Shown: positions 11,229 to 21,405, counted from the stretch's first letter. The stretch: DNA of 61,259 nucleotides from Bryobacteraceae bacterium (GCA_035561355.1 DATMXS010000269.1:1-61259); one strand, 5' to 3'. Notes: generated from the letters alone by a model not told the origin. Numbers and translations: made by a program.

Positions 11229-11927
11229 ATGCAAACGATTTCTCAGCAATCATCCGAAACGCTCCCCGGGGTGGGGACGAAGAACCTCGCCCTCCTGCTG
11301 TTCGGGCCGCCGGGCTCGGGCAAGGGTACCCAGGCTGTGCTGCTCTCGGCCAGCCTGAAAGTTCCTCATATTTCGACGGGCGACATCTTCCGGCAGAACG
11401 TAAAGGAAGGCACCGAGCTCGGACGCGAGGTGCAGGCGATCATGGAATCAGGGCAGCTTGTGTCCGACGCCCTGGTGAACAGGATCGTCGAAGACCGGCT
11501 CGCCAAGCCCGATTGTGCAGGTGGATTCATCCTGGACGGGTATCCGAGGACGGTACCGCAGGCGGAAATGCTCGATGCGATGCTGGTCCGGCTCGGGAAG
11601 GACAAAGTGGTAATCAACTTGCAAGTTGATTACAATATCATTGTTGCCCGAATTGCCGCCCGCCGTTCGTGTCCCGCGTGTGGTGCAGTTTATAACCTGG
11701 CTTCGAATCCACCGAAGAACGAAGGCGTGTGTGATCGGGATGGGGTAGCGCTGATCCAGCGCGAGGACGACAAGGAAGATGTCATGCGGAAGCGGTTCGA
11801 CGCGTACGACGCGCAGACGCTGCCCGTGATCGGCTTTTTCCGTGCCCACGGTTATCGGGTTCTGGACGTGACCGGAGGCAATGGCGCGCCGGAGGATCTG
11901 ACGACGGAGATATTGAAGCGCCTCTAA
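11229..11927 (+). CDS. adk: adenylate kinase (with Cys4 lid)
   Basis: P-loop GPPGSGKGTQA. Lid reads RRSCPACGAVYN...GVCDRDG. The true start may be a few codons downstream of the ATG at 11229. Confidence 0.9.
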   Translation: MQTISQQSSETLPGVGTKNLALLLFGPPGSGKGTQAVLLSASLKVPHISTGDIFRQNVKEGTELGREVQAIMESGQLVSDALVNRIVEDRLAKPDCAGGFILDGYPRTVPQAEMLDAMLVRLGKDKVVINLQVDYNIIVARIAARRSCPACGAVYNLASNPPKNEGVCDRDGVALIQREDDKEDVMRKRFDAYDAQTLPVIGFFRAHGYRVLDVTGGNGAPEDLTTEILKRL

Positions 11928-11934
11928 AGCAATC

Positions 11935-12705
11935 GTGATCGTTCGGAAATCTGCGGCGGAACTCGAGAAGATGCGTCAGGCCGGCTTGCTGGTCTGGCGG
12001 ATTCTGAATGAGATGCGCGGCTTGGTCAAGGAAGGCGCGACGACGATGGACCTGGAAGTCGTGGCCGACCGGATGGTTTTGGATGCGGGCGCGAAGGCGG
12101 CATTCAAGGGATACTACGTTCCCGCGGTCGGGACGAAGTACCCGTATGTGCTGTGTACTTCCGTGAACAACGAGATCATCCACGGGATGCCCTCGGCGAA
12201 GCGGGTGCTGAAGAACGGCGACGTAGTTTCGATCGACATGGGCGTCGAGTTGAACGGTTATTACGGCGATTCGGCTGTAACGGTCCCGGTGGGCGAGATC
12301 GCTCCCGAGGTCGAAAAGCTGCTCCGGGTGACCCAGGAATCGCTGGAGCTGGCAATCGATAAGATGCGGCCGGGCAATCGGCTTTTCGATGTGTGCGGTA
12401 CGGTCCAGCGGCACGTCGAATCGAACGGGTTTTCGGTGGTTCGCGAGTTTGTCGGACACGGGATCGGGACCCGGCTTCATGAGGAGCCGCAGGTTCCCAA
12501 TTATGTGGATCGGAAGAACGAGAACCCGCGGCTTAAAGAAGGCATCGTGCTCGCGATCGAGCCGATGGTGAATGCGGGGAAGGCAGAGGCCCGGGTGCTT
12601 CCGGACCGCTGGACGGTCGTGACGAAGGATGGCGCCTACTCGGCTCACTTCGAGCACACGGTGGCGGTGACGCAAAACGGTCCATGGGTTCTGACGCGTC
12701 CGTAA
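11935..12705 (+). CDS. map: type I methionine aminopeptidase
   Basis: 256 aa. Follows adk in the spc operon. Typical MetAP metal ligands (D..D..H..E..E) are evident. Confidence 0.92.
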   Translation: MIVRKSAAELEKMRQAGLLVWRILNEMRGLVKEGATTMDLEVVADRMVLDAGAKAAFKGYYVPAVGTKYPYVLCTSVNNEIIHGMPSAKRVLKNGDVVSIDMGVELNGYYGDSAVTVPVGEIAPEVEKLLRVTQESLELAIDKMRPGNRLFDVCGTVQRHVESNGFSVVREFVGHGIGTRLHEEPQVPNYVDRKNENPRLKEGIVLAIEPMVNAGKAEARVLPDRWTVVTKDGAYSAHFEHTVAVTQNGPWVLTRP

Positions 12706-12905
12706 CGGGCACGGTGCTGGAGATCCTGCCGAGCGCGATCTACAGGGTGGAGCTCGAGACCCGGGCCCAGGTGCTGGCGCATGCGGCGGGCGCGAGGATA
12801 AAGAATTTCGTTCGGCTCCGGCCGGGCGACAGGGTTGAAGTTGTGATTTCAGCCCACGACCGGACACGCGGCCGGATCGTGAGGGTGTTTACGGAACGTT
12901 CGTAG
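12684..12905 (+). CDS. infA: translation initiation factor IF-1
   Basis: [60 protein letters not shown] aligns with the E. coli IF1 S1 fold. Overlaps the map 3' end by 22 nt. Confidence 0.88.
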   Translation: MGSDASVTGTVLEILPSAIYRVELETRAQVLAHAAGARIKNFVRLRPGDRVEVVISAHDRTRGRIVRVFTERS

Positions 12906-12985
12906 GTAGTGGCGTGAGCCTTCGGCGATGCGGTGAGCGTGCCGGAGCTGCACGGCGGCACACTGCGGGCGAAAGCGAGCGAGAT

Positions 12986-13099
12986 ATGAAAGTACGGGCT
13001 TCAGTTAAGAAAATGTGCGACAAGTGCAAAGTGGTCCACCGCCACGGAGTGGTGCGGGTCATTTGCACGAACCCGAAGCACAAGCAGCGTCAAGGGTAG
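12986..13099 (+). CDS. rpmJ: 50S ribosomal protein L36
   Basis: Internal ATG at 12986 gives [37 protein letters not shown], 37 aa. This is the classic zinc-ribbon L36. Confidence 0.93.
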   Translation: MKVRASVKKMCDKCKVVHRHGVVRVICTNPKHKQRQG

Positions 13100-13112
13100 G
13101 AGGGCGAAGAAT

Positions 13113-13499
13113 ATGGCGCGTATTGCCGGCGTGGATTTGCCGCCGAAGAAGAGGGCCGAGATCGGGTTGACCTACATCTACGGCATTGGTCGCGCGCGCG
13201 CGAATTCGATCCTGCATCGGGCCGGGGTCGATAAGGACCGCAAGATTGCGGAACTGTCCGACGAAGATGTGAACCGGATCCGCGGCATCATCGAAGACGA
13301 AGGGGCCGTCGAGGGCGATCTCCGGAAGGAGATTTCGCTCAACATCAAGCGGCTCATGGAGATGGGCTCCTACCGTGGTCTGCGGCACCGTCGCGGCCTG
13401 CCGGTTCGGGGTCAGCGGACGCACACCAACGCGCGTACGCGCAAAGGTCCGCGGCGCGGAACTGTCGCGAACAAGAAGAAGAGCGCATCGAAGACGTAA
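13113..13499 (+). CDS. rpsM: 30S ribosomal protein S13
   Basis: [26 protein letters not shown]... 128 aa. Confidence 0.95.
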   Translation: MARIAGVDLPPKKRAEIGLTYIYGIGRARANSILHRAGVDKDRKIAELSDEDVNRIRGIIEDEGAVEGDLRKEISLNIKRLMEMGSYRGLRHRRGLPVRGQRTHTNARTRKGPRRGTVANKKKSASKT

Positions 13500-13517
13500 T
13501 CGGGACGGATTGAGTTA

Positions 13518-13928
13518 ATGGCGAAAGCACAGACCAAGGCGGGCGGCAAGAAGAAGTCCTTCAAGAAGAAGGAAAAGAAGAACATCCCGATCGGCGTCGT
13601 TCATATTCAGGCGACGTTCAACAACACGATCGTCACCGTAACCGACGCCGGCGGGAACACCGTCGCGTGGTCGAGTGCGGGTTCGCTCGGGTTTCGCGGT
13701 TCGCGTAAGGGCACTCCGTTTGCCGCGCAACAGGCGGCATTAACGGCGGCCAATAAGGCGAAAGACTCGGGCATGCGGACGGTGGATGTCGAAGTGGCGG
13801 GGCCGGGCGCCGGCCGCGAGTCGGCCATCCGTACGCTACAGACGGTCGGCCTGAACGTAAAGGCTATCAAGGACGTGACGCCGGTTCCGCACAACGGCTG
13901 CCGTCCCCCAAAGAAGCGGCGCGTGTAA
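13518..13928 (+). CDS. rpsK: 30S ribosomal protein S11
   Basis: [30 protein letters not shown]... 136 aa. Confidence 0.95.
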   Translation: MAKAQTKAGGKKKSFKKKEKKNIPIGVVHIQATFNNTIVTVTDAGGNTVAWSSAGSLGFRGSRKGTPFAAQQAALTAANKAKDSGMRTVDVEVAGPGAGRESAIRTLQTVGLNVKAIKDVTPVPHNGCRPPKKRRV

Positions 13929-14065
13929 TAGTCTGGGCTTGTGGCTCGTGGCCTGTGGGTGTTGACAAGCCGTCAACAAAAGCCCCGAGCCGCCAGCACG
14001 GTCCGGTTGAAGCAGGATGAAGGTGGTTGCCACCGTAAACTGCACCTGGGAAAGGTAGGAAAGAT

Positions 14066-14698
14066 TTGGCAAGACATACAGACCCCGTATGCCGGCTGTG
14101 CCGGCGCGAGGGCATGAAGCTTTTTTTCAAAGGCGAGCGGTGCCATACGGACAAGTGCGCTATTGAGAAGCGCAACTTCATCCCTGGCCAGCACGGTAAG
14201 GATCGCAAGGCGAAGATCGTTGGTTACGGCCTTCAACTGCGTGAGAAACAGAAGTTGCGCCGTTATTACGGTCTTCTGGAGACGCAGTTCCGGAACTTGT
14301 TCGAGAAGGCGCAGGCGATGACCGGCGTCACTGGCGACAATCTGCTTGGAATGCTCGAGCGGCGCCTGGATAACGTGGTTTATCGGATGGGCTTCGGCAC
14401 TAGCCGCCCCCAATCCCGCCAGGTGGTCCGGCACGGCCATGTGACCGTGAACGGTCGCAAGGTCGATATCCCCTCCTTTACCGTTAGGGTCGGCGATATC
14501 GTAGAGATCGCCGAGAAGAGCCGAAAGAATACGTCCATCCTGGGAGCGCGGGACGCAACCGCGCACCAGCCTGTGCCGAACTGGATGGAAGTCGATCGCG
14601 ACAGCCTCCGGGGCCGCATTGTCAGCATACCCAAGCGCGACGACCTGGTTCAAATCCAGGTGAACGAGCGGCTGATCGTGGAGCTCTACTCCAAGTAA
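14066..14698 (+). CDS. rpsD: 30S ribosomal protein S4 (zinc-ribbon N-terminus)
   Basis: MARHTDPVCRLCRREGMKLFFKGERCHTDKC... 210 aa. Preceded by a 137-nt structured leader containing the palindrome TTGACAAGCCGTCAA. Confidence 0.95.
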   Translation: MARHTDPVCRLCRREGMKLFFKGERCHTDKCAIEKRNFIPGQHGKDRKAKIVGYGLQLREKQKLRRYYGLLETQFRNLFEKAQAMTGVTGDNLLGMLERRLDNVVYRMGFGTSRPQSRQVVRHGHVTVNGRKVDIPSFTVRVGDIVEIAEKSRKNTSILGARDATAHQPVPNWMEVDRDSLRGRIVSIPKRDDLVQIQVNERLIVELYSK

Positions 14699-14789
14699 GC
14701 AATCATGAGACTGCGGAGCGCGCACGGCGTCACGGATCACATCCGGAGATCAGGCGTGCGGACGCTCCGCAGGGTATAGGGAATCTTCT

Positions 14790-15938
14790 ATGTTTAAGGG
14801 CTTTCAGAAACCCAAGCGACTGGTTGCCAACACGGAATCGCTCACGGAACGCTACGGGCAGTTCACGGCGCAGCCGTTCGAGCGGGGCTTCGGCACAACT
14901 ATCGGCAACAGCCTACGGCGCGTGCTGCTGAGCTCAATCGAGGGCGCGGCAATAACGGCCGTGCGGATCGAAGGCGTTGCGCACGAGTTCAGCCCGATAC
15001 CGGGCGTGGTCGAGGACGCCACCGATATCATCCTCAACCTCAAGCAGATCCCGTTCAAAATGAGCGGCGAGGGCGTTCGAACCGTGCGTCTGCGGGTCGA
15101 TTCCCCCGGCGAGGTCCTCAGCAGCCAGATCGAAACGGACCACGACGTCGAAGTGCTGGATCGCACCATGCACATCGCGAGCGTCAGCGACGGCAAACTC
15201 GATATCGAGATGCGCCTGAAGCTGGGCCGCGGTTACGTGAGTGCCGACCGCAACTTCGACGAGGATCTGCCAATCGGCTACATCCCGATCGATTCCGTGC
15301 ACTCGCCTGTCCGCAAGGTCAACTTCGCGGTTGAGAGCGCACGCCTCGGCCAGATGACCGACTACGACAAGCTCACGCTGGACGTCTGGACCAATGGCGC
15401 GATCTCTCCGCAGGACGCCGTCGGCCAAGCGGCCAAGCTGATCAAGGACCACACCTCGATCTTTATCAACTTCGAGGAGTTACCCGAGATCGCCGAGGAG
15501 CCGGCTGAGCGCGGCCTGGACCAGATGAACGAGGTCCTGGACCGTTCGGTGGACGAGCTCGAACTGAGCGTTCGTTCCTACAACTGCCTCAAGAACGCCA
15601 ACATCCAGAGCATCCGCGACCTGGTGCAGAAGACCGAGGCCGAGATGCTCCGCACGAAAAACTTCGGGCGCAAGTCCCTCAACGAGATCAAGGAAATTCT
15701 TGGCGGGATGGGCTTGCAGTTCGGCATGAAGTTCGACGCTCAGGGACGGCTCGTCACCGGAACGGGCCAGCCCGTTACGCCGACCGCGCCGACAGGTGAG
15801 CGCGAGCGGTCGTACGACGAGGATGACGACGAAGAGGCCGACGAGGATGAGGACGAGGACGAGGACGCCGCGGCTGATACAACCGGCGAAGGCGAACTCG
15901 ACCACGAAAAGGAACACTACGAGAGTTTGAGCGAATAG
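14790..15938 (+). CDS. rpoA: DNA-directed RNA polymerase subunit alpha with an acidic Asp/Glu-rich C-terminal tail
   Basis: 382 aa. The alpha NTD and CTD ([21 protein letters not shown]) are recognisable. Tail reads [21 protein letters not shown]. Confidence 0.95.
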   Translation: MFKGFQKPKRLVANTESLTERYGQFTAQPFERGFGTTIGNSLRRVLLSSIEGAAITAVRIEGVAHEFSPIPGVVEDATDIILNLKQIPFKMSGEGVRTVRLRVDSPGEVLSSQIETDHDVEVLDRTMHIASVSDGKLDIEMRLKLGRGYVSADRNFDEDLPIGYIPIDSVHSPVRKVNFAVESARLGQMTDYDKLTLDVWTNGAISPQDAVGQAAKLIKDHTSIFINFEELPEIAEEPAERGLDQMNEVLDRSVDELELSVRSYNCLKNANIQSIRDLVQKTEAEMLRTKNFGRKSLNEIKEILGGMGLQFGMKFDAQGRLVTGTGQPVTPTAPTGERERSYDEDDDEEADEDEDEDEDAAADTTGEGELDHEKEHYESLSE

Positions 15939-15947
15939 GAGGACACC

Positions 15948-16418
15948 GTGAGACACAAGCGCGGAACTACCAGACTCGGCCGGCCCGCCGATGCAAGACG
16001 GGCGCTGCTGCGTAACTTGGTGACCAATGTCATCGAGTACGAGCGCATCGTGACGACGGTGCCCAAGGCTAAGGCGGCCAGGCCGCTCGTTGAGAAGATG
16101 ATTACGCTGGCGAAGGCTGACACGCTCCATACACGGCGTCAGGCTGCGTCATTCCTGACCACGCCCGCCACAGTGAAGAAGCTGTTCGACACCCTGGGCG
16201 GACGATTTGCCCAGCGAACCGGCGGCTACACCCGCATCGTGCGGATCGGCCCCCGGAAGGGCGATGGCGCCGAGCAGTGCATGCTCGAGCTGGTCGGGTC
16301 GGAGTTGGTCAAGCGCGCCGCCGAACGTGCCCGCCGCAAGGAAGAACGGCTGAAGGCCGTGCGCGAAGGACGTGAAGCGGGCGAAGAGGAAGAAGAGGGC
16401 GGCGAGCAGAAGAAATAA
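15948..16418 (+). CDS. rplQ: 50S ribosomal protein L17 with a Lys/Glu-rich C-terminal extension
   Basis: MRHKRGTTRLGRPADARRALLRNLVTNVIEYERIVTTVPKAKA... Tail reads ...RKEERLKAVREGREAGEEEEEGGEQKK. Confidence 0.94.
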   Translation: MRHKRGTTRLGRPADARRALLRNLVTNVIEYERIVTTVPKAKAARPLVEKMITLAKADTLHTRRQAASFLTTPATVKKLFDTLGGRFAQRTGGYTRIVRIGPRKGDGAEQCMLELVGSELVKRAAERARRKEERLKAVREGREAGEEEEEGGEQKK

Positions 16419-16451
16419 GCCGCTCGTCAGCTATTCACAAGCGGAAACCGA

Positions 16452-16492
16452 AAAGGGCGCGAGGCTCAGGCCTTCGCGCCCTTTCGGTTTTG
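16452..16492 (+). terminator. intrinsic terminator of the alpha operon
   Basis: AAAGGGCGCGAGG-CTCAGG-CCTTCGCGCCCTTTCGGTTTT. A GC-rich stem followed by a T run, 35 nt after the rplQ stop. Confidence 0.75.
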
Positions 16493-16580
16493 CGGGGAAA
16501 GAAAGCAAGTGCCTCGAACGGAGTTCCGGAGCTTCGGCCCTTTTCTCCGTTCTATGAGAGTGTCCGTCGCACACGAAAAG

Positions 16581-16610
16581 AGCCCGGCAGCTTTGAAGGG
16601 CTGCCGGGCT
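16581..16610 (-). terminator. intrinsic terminator for the minus-strand TonB-receptor gene (convergent with the alpha-operon terminator)
   Basis: AGCCCGGCAG-N10-CTGCCGGGCT inverted repeat. On the minus strand it is followed by CTTTTCGTGT, 30 nt past the receptor stop. Confidence 0.65.
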
Positions 16611-16639
16611 TCTCAGTCAAACACCGATCGTTCGATTCG

Positions 16640-19600
16640 TTACCAGATGAACTTCAACGCAAGCTGAACCTGGCGAGGATACCGGTTCTGGTCGGACGCG
16701 TCCTTCGGGAAGTACGCGCCGAAGTTCTGGTTGTTGGGGTCGTTGATAAAGTTCTCGCGGCCCCAGAAGTAGGTATTCGTCAGGTTGAACGCTTCGGCGC
16801 GGAACTGAAGGTTCATGCCTTCCTTGATGCGGAAGCTCTTGTTGACCGAAGCATCGAGGTTCGGCGCGGTGTGCAGCCGGATCTGGCCGGAACGAAACGG
16901 CGTAATCCGCCCATCCGTGTAATCTGGAGCCTGATAGAATGTGGGCTCCGTACAGCCCGCGCTGATCGAGTAGCCCTGCATGACGAACGCACGCTGTGCG
17001 TTCTGGTAGCGCGCAACGCAAGGGCTGACGCCCTGGACCCTGTGGGCGAGCCAGTCGTCAATCCCTAGCTTCGGGTCTTTGACCATCAGCACGTTGCTCG
17101 GCAAGTCCCACGGACGGCCGCTCTGCAACTGCAGGAAGCTCGTCACTTCCCAGCCGCCGATGATGCGATCGAGAACAGGTCCAGCGCCCGAACCCCATTT
17201 CTGACCCTTGCCGATCGGCAGCTTCCAGATGCCCGCAAGCGTGAACCGGTGCGGACGGTCCTGGGTATAAAGCCCCTGCTGCGGGATCTCGTTGATCTGG
17301 TCGATGTAGCCCCAGCGCTCTATCTGCTTGGACAGCGTGTACGTGGTCAGCAGGTTGAGACCGCCTCGGAACCGGGTTTGATGCTGGATCTGCATCGAGT
17401 TGTACCAGATCGCGCCCGGGTTGATGCCACGCTGGCGAATGCGGTTGAACTGCGGGAACGGACGATTGGCCTGATAGCGGCTGATCGTGTTGGCCGTGAA
17501 CAGGTTCGTGCCGCGGAACGCCTCGATGCCCTTGAAGGGGTTCGCGACGGTCTGGTTGCAGTAGTTCGGATCACCGCCCTCGAACGGGTTGCACAGCTTG
17601 CGGAAGTCGGCGGTTGTGGAATTGTAGCCGTCCCACTCGCTTTGCAGATCCTTGGTGCGATTGCCGACGTACGAGATCTCCACCACTGAACTGTACGGAA
17701 GCTCGAACTGAAACCCCGCCGAGAACTGGTGGACGTATGGCACCACGAAGTTCGGATCGAAAAACGTGATGTCGCGGTTGAGGAACGTGTTCAATCCGCC
17801 AGCCGCACCCTTGGGCTGGAGCACGCTCGCGAACGGATTGGACAGCAGGTTCGCGACCGGCGTACGATCGCCGTCATTTGACCGGATAAACGGCGTCGTC
17901 AGATCGAAGCCCTGGCGCACGTCGTTGTTATGCCAGTTGTCGTTGGGGTTCACATAGAACACGCCCCACCCGGCCCGAGCCACGATCTTATTGCTGACCT
18001 GGTACGCCATGCCGACGCGCGGCTGCAAGTTGTTCCAGTCGGTCTTGGCGGCCCGGTTCGGATTGTTGCCGCCGAGAAACGTCAGGCCGCCCTTGATCTG
18101 CTTCGACGCCAGGTTCGTCGTGTCCACCTGGCCGGCCCAGTCCGGCGTAGCGTTCGGATCGAAGATGTAGTTGCCTCGCAGGAAGCGCTCCTGGGGAGGC
18201 GCGTTGATGTCCCATCGCAGCCCCAGGTTCAAGTTCAGGCGGCGGTTCACTTTCCAGTCATCCTGAATGTACGGCGCCCAGTAATGGTTGCCGTAGATCG
18301 GGAGCTGCCGCCAGTTCACTTCGCCCGAATCGATGAGGCCGAGGACGAAGTCCGCCACCGGATTGCCGCTGAGCGGGTCATCCTGGTCCCATCGTTCGCG
18401 AGTCCACCGGCGCGTCGATTGCAGCCGGAAGATATCGCCGACGTCCTGCGCGGAGTACTGCGTGAAGCGGTAATCGAGGCCGAACTTCACGGCATGTGCG
18501 CCGGGGATCCAGTTCGCACTCGGGTGAATAGCGTACGTGTTCGTTGTGTTGCCGCCCGGGTACCGGCCGAGGTCAGCATAATTGAAAGCTCCGCGTAGCT
18601 GTATCTTCGGGAAGTACATCACGCTTGCCGAGTTCGGTAGCTGGTCGATGACCGAAGGCGACCAGCCGAGCGAGGCCGGATCGAAAGCCTCGCCTTCGTG
18701 CGCACGGCCTTTCTCGATGAACCGGTTGTACGATCCGCGCACGTTGACAATGAGCCTGGGGGTCACTGTCCTCACCCAGTCTGCGGTGACGTGGTCGTTG
18801 ATGCGCTGGAAAGGCAACTGGCAGCACTCAGCGGGGCTGTCGATCGCGCCGTTTTCGTTGCGGTGTTCGGTACGGTCGTTCGACGCGTGTCGGAAGAAAA
18901 AGCGGTCCTTCTCGCCAAGGTTAGTGTCGAACTTGAACACGAGGTTGTAAAAATCGTCGGTCGCGAAGTTCTCACCGTTGACGTAATTTGTGTCGGAGTA
19001 ACTCTTTCCCGGATCCGAACTGTTCGGCTGCGCGTAGTAACCCAGGATCTTCTGAGCGATCGGGTTCAGGCGGCTGGCGGGGATCATGTTGCCGGGGAAC
19101 TGCGTTCGGGCCGGGTTGGATGTGGTGGCGGTCAGCGGATCGAAGATCCTGATCTGCTTGCCCTCTTTATCGACGAGTTTGCTGAAATCGCCCTGCGCGA
19201 ACTCGGGTGCCGGGACGGACAGGTTCAGCTTCTGCGGCCACTTCTCCTTATAGTCCTCATAGTTGACCATGAAGAACAGCTTGTTGCGGCCGTCAAACAC
19301 TTTCGGCACGAACACCGGGCCGGAGGCCTGGATCCCGAGCCAGTCCAGAGTGTCCTGGGGCCGGGGCTGATTCTTCGCATTGTTCTGGAACAGGTTCGCG
19401 TTCCAACTCGTGCGCTTGAAGAAACCGTAGGCGGAACCATGAAGGTCGTTCGCGCCGCCCTTCGTGGTCACGTTGATGATGCCGCCGTTCGTGTGCCCGT
19501 ACTGGGCATCGTACGTGTTCGTGTGGATCTTGAACTCCTGAACTGAATCGACCGGAGGCACGTACGCAATGTTGTTGCCGCCCATTTGGCCGTTGTTGGG

Positions 19601-20191
19601 AGCGCCGTCGAGTAGGAACTCCGTGCCGCGCTGCTGGCCGCCGTTGATGGTCCAGTCCGCGATGGCGCCGTTATCGAACGGCCGCTGCCAGATCGCCGCG
19701 CCATGGAAGTTGACACCGGCGATCATCGCGCCGAGAAGGAACGGGTTCCGCCCGTTGATGGGCAGTTCGTGGATGCGCTGCGTATCGATAACGGCGCCGC
19801 GATCCGCTTTCGCAGTGTCGAGCAGCGGAGCCTCAGCAGTTACGCTGACTGAATCAGTCACCGCACCGACTTCAAGGGTGAGGTTCACCGCTGCAGTCTG
19901 GCTCATCTGGAGAGTGATGCTCTCGACAACCGTCTTCTTGAAGCCCGGCGCTTCCGCGGAGATCGAGTAGCTGCCCGGCGGAAGCAGCGGAACCGTGTAG
20001 TTCCCCTGTCCATCCGTACTCGTATTGCGGGTGTCGTTTGTCGCCGTGTTCGCGATGGTTACGGCGGCGTTCGGAACACCGCCACCCGAGGCATCAACGA
20101 TGCGTCCTGTCAGGGTTGCCCGGAATTCCTGCGCCGTGAGAACTCCGAAGGCGAGGAAAAGGAATAGGGAAGTGAACAGCTTGAGTCTCAT
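16640..20191 (-). CDS. TonB-dependent outer-membrane receptor with an N-terminal carboxypeptidase-regulatory-like (CarbopepD_reg) domain
   Basis: ORF track 16640..20278. Start assigned at the internal Met (20191) that opens the signal peptide MRLKLFTSLFLFLAFGVLTAQE and is preceded by AAAAGGGGG. The CarbopepD_reg-like N-domain reads LTGRIVDASGGGVPNAAVTIANTATNDTRNTSTDGQGNYTVPLLPPGSYSISAEAPGF. A ~1100-aa beta-barrel body follows, ending ...LALKFIW (terminal aromatic). Confidence 0.85.
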   Translation of the reverse strand: MRLKLFTSLFLFLAFGVLTAQEFRATLTGRIVDASGGGVPNAAVTIANTATNDTRNTSTDGQGNYTVPLLPPGSYSISAEAPGFKKTVVESITLQMSQTAAVNLTLEVGAVTDSVSVTAEAPLLDTAKADRGAVIDTQRIHELPINGRNPFLLGAMIAGVNFHGAAIWQRPFDNGAIADWTINGGQQRGTEFLLDGAPNNGQMGGNNIAYVPPVDSVQEFKIHTNTYDAQYGHTNGGIINVTTKGGANDLHGSAYGFFKRTSWNANLFQNNAKNQPRPQDTLDWLGIQASGPVFVPKVFDGRNKLFFMVNYEDYKEKWPQKLNLSVPAPEFAQGDFSKLVDKEGKQIRIFDPLTATTSNPARTQFPGNMIPASRLNPIAQKILGYYAQPNSSDPGKSYSDTNYVNGENFATDDFYNLVFKFDTNLGEKDRFFFRHASNDRTEHRNENGAIDSPAECCQLPFQRINDHVTADWVRTVTPRLIVNVRGSYNRFIEKGRAHEGEAFDPASLGWSPSVIDQLPNSASVMYFPKIQLRGAFNYADLGRYPGGNTTNTYAIHPSANWIPGAHAVKFGLDYRFTQYSAQDVGDIFRLQSTRRWTRERWDQDDPLSGNPVADFVLGLIDSGEVNWRQLPIYGNHYWAPYIQDDWKVNRRLNLNLGLRWDINAPPQERFLRGNYIFDPNATPDWAGQVDTTNLASKQIKGGLTFLGGNNPNRAAKTDWNNLQPRVGMAYQVSNKIVARAGWGVFYVNPNDNWHNNDVRQGFDLTTPFIRSNDGDRTPVANLLSNPFASVLQPKGAAGGLNTFLNRDITFFDPNFVVPYVHQFSAGFQFELPYSSVVEISYVGNRTKDLQSEWDGYNSTTADFRKLCNPFEGGDPNYCNQTVANPFKGIEAFRGTNLFTANTISRYQANRPFPQFNRIRQRGINPGAIWYNSMQIQHQTRFRGGLNLLTTYTLSKQIERWGYIDQINEIPQQGLYTQDRPHRFTLAGIWKLPIGKGQKWGSGAGPVLDRIIGGWEVTSFLQLQSGRPWDLPSNVLMVKDPKLGIDDWLAHRVQGVSPCVARYQNAQRAFVMQGYSISAGCTEPTFYQAPDYTDGRITPFRSGQIRLHTAPNLDASVNKSFRIKEGMNLQFRAEAFNLTNTYFWGRENFINDPNNQNFGAYFPKDASDQNRYPRQVQLALKFIW

Positions 20192-20310
20192 CAAACCCCC
20201 TTTTGGAAAGCGCGCAGCGTGAGTCGCGCTGCGCCCGCGCAAGCGCTGGCGCAAGAGGCAGAATGAGCCCCATTTCACTGCCCCTCTTGACGCGAGTGAC
20301 GCTACATTGA

Positions 20311-20331
20311 AAACGTGCTACCCCCACGTTT
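20311..20331. promoter_or_regulatory. perfect 7-bp inverted repeat AAACGTG-N7-CACGTTT upstream of the TonB-receptor gene (candidate operator)
   Basis: aaacgtgctacccccacgttt read directly. It lies ~120 nt upstream of the receptor start codon, inside the 648-nt divergent intergenic region. Confidence 0.35.
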
Positions 20332-20790
20332 TGAGATGAACGTCTTTGCAGTTCGCCCCTGAAGCGAAACCGCGGTTCTACTGCAAGCGCTGCACCAGGT
20401 CCCTGAGCGAACCTGGACGGCACCACAAGGCAGAGCATCACCCGAGTGGCAGCCGAGCCCACCCTGCATCCGGTTTATGAGGTCTTGGTGACCCACAACC
20501 GGACAACGCCATCTTTTCAGCTTCGACTATCGGAATTGGCTGATTATATTTGTTAATGCGGGTCGTTGTCTACTCCGAAAATTGCGAAATCCGGTCAGGG
20601 AAACGTAGGACGCGGAGGAAAACAGACGCGCCTTTGGCTAAAGTGAGCGCGGGCTTGGACCCCAGCCTGCTGACGGAGCGTCAGGACAGCGGCTTCGACA
20701 GCCAATTGCATCGGACGCGGAATATCGGTTCTGGTCAATGGCGCCTCTGGGGAGAACGCAGCCTCTCAGACGCAGATTTTTGCGCATCAG

Positions 20791-20819
20791 TTGACTTAAG
20801 CTGGCTCACATAATATAAT
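20791..20819 (+). promoter_or_regulatory. consensus sigma70-type promoter for hsp20 (TTGACT-17 nt-TATAAT)
   Basis: ttgact at 20791-20796, a 17-nt spacer, then tataat at 20814-20819. This puts the TSS ~14 nt upstream of the hsp20 ATG, and a GGGAG SD sits at 20829-20833. Confidence 0.6.
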
Positions 20820-20839
20820 TCTATCGTAGGGAGATCACA

Positions 20840-21274
20840 ATGGCTACGAAGTTTGGATACGACGTGGATATGCCGACTGGTGTACGGTTGTTCCAGGATG
20901 CCGTGAATCGGCTTTTCAGCGAGCCGCCTGCAACTCGGCCCTGGGCTCCGAGCGTTGATATTTATGAGACTGAAAACGCGCTGGTCCTGAAAGCCGACTT
21001 GCCCGGCGTGAACCCAGCGGATGTTCAGCTTCAGATCGAAGAAGGCACGCTGATGATCAAGGGCGAGAGGAAGTTCGAGCGCGTTGAGGGCCAAGGCGCG
21101 GGCTACCACCGGATAGAGCGCAGCTTTGGCGAGTTCGCACGCTATTTCAGCCTGCCGGAGACCGTAGACCACGCGCAGGTAAAGGCCGAGTACAAGAACG
21201 GTGTGCTCACGGTAACTCTGCCGAAGAAGGAAGCGGCGAAACCGCGGACGATCAAAGTGGATGTGAACGAGTAG
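20840..21274 (+). CDS. Hsp20/alpha-crystallin family small heat-shock protein
   Basis: 144 aa. The ACD core reads VDIYETENALVLKADLPGVNPADVQLQIEEGTLMIKGERKFE...AEYKNGVLTVTLPK. Confidence 0.9.
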   Translation: MATKFGYDVDMPTGVRLFQDAVNRLFSEPPATRPWAPSVDIYETENALVLKADLPGVNPADVQLQIEEGTLMIKGERKFERVEGQGAGYHRIERSFGEFARYFSLPETVDHAQVKAEYKNGVLTVTLPKKEAAKPRTIKVDVNE

Positions 21275-21309
21275 CGAGCTGCTCTAGTCGGAGCACGCTG
21301 GTTTTCATT

Positions 21310-21348
21310 GGGGGCGGCGCGATTCGTTGCGCAGCCCCCGTTGTGTGT
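21310..21348 (+). terminator. intrinsic terminator after hsp20
   Basis: GGGGGCGGCGC-gattcgtt-GCGCAGCCCCC followed by GTTGTGTGT. Confidence 0.55.
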
Positions 21349-21405
21349 AAAGTGGAATCTTGGAGGCGCTAAAATGCGTCTCCCTTTGTAAGGAGAATAA
21401 TCTAG

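Noticed and set aside
14934-15452. 172-aa minus-strand ORF
   Set aside because: Internal and antisense to rpoA.
20380-20480. Possible cobalamin riboswitch upstream of the TonB-dependent receptor (minus strand)
   Set aside because: The reverse complement contains GCCACTC rather than the B12-box GCCACTG, and I could not find the rest of the consensus. Left as unassigned leader.
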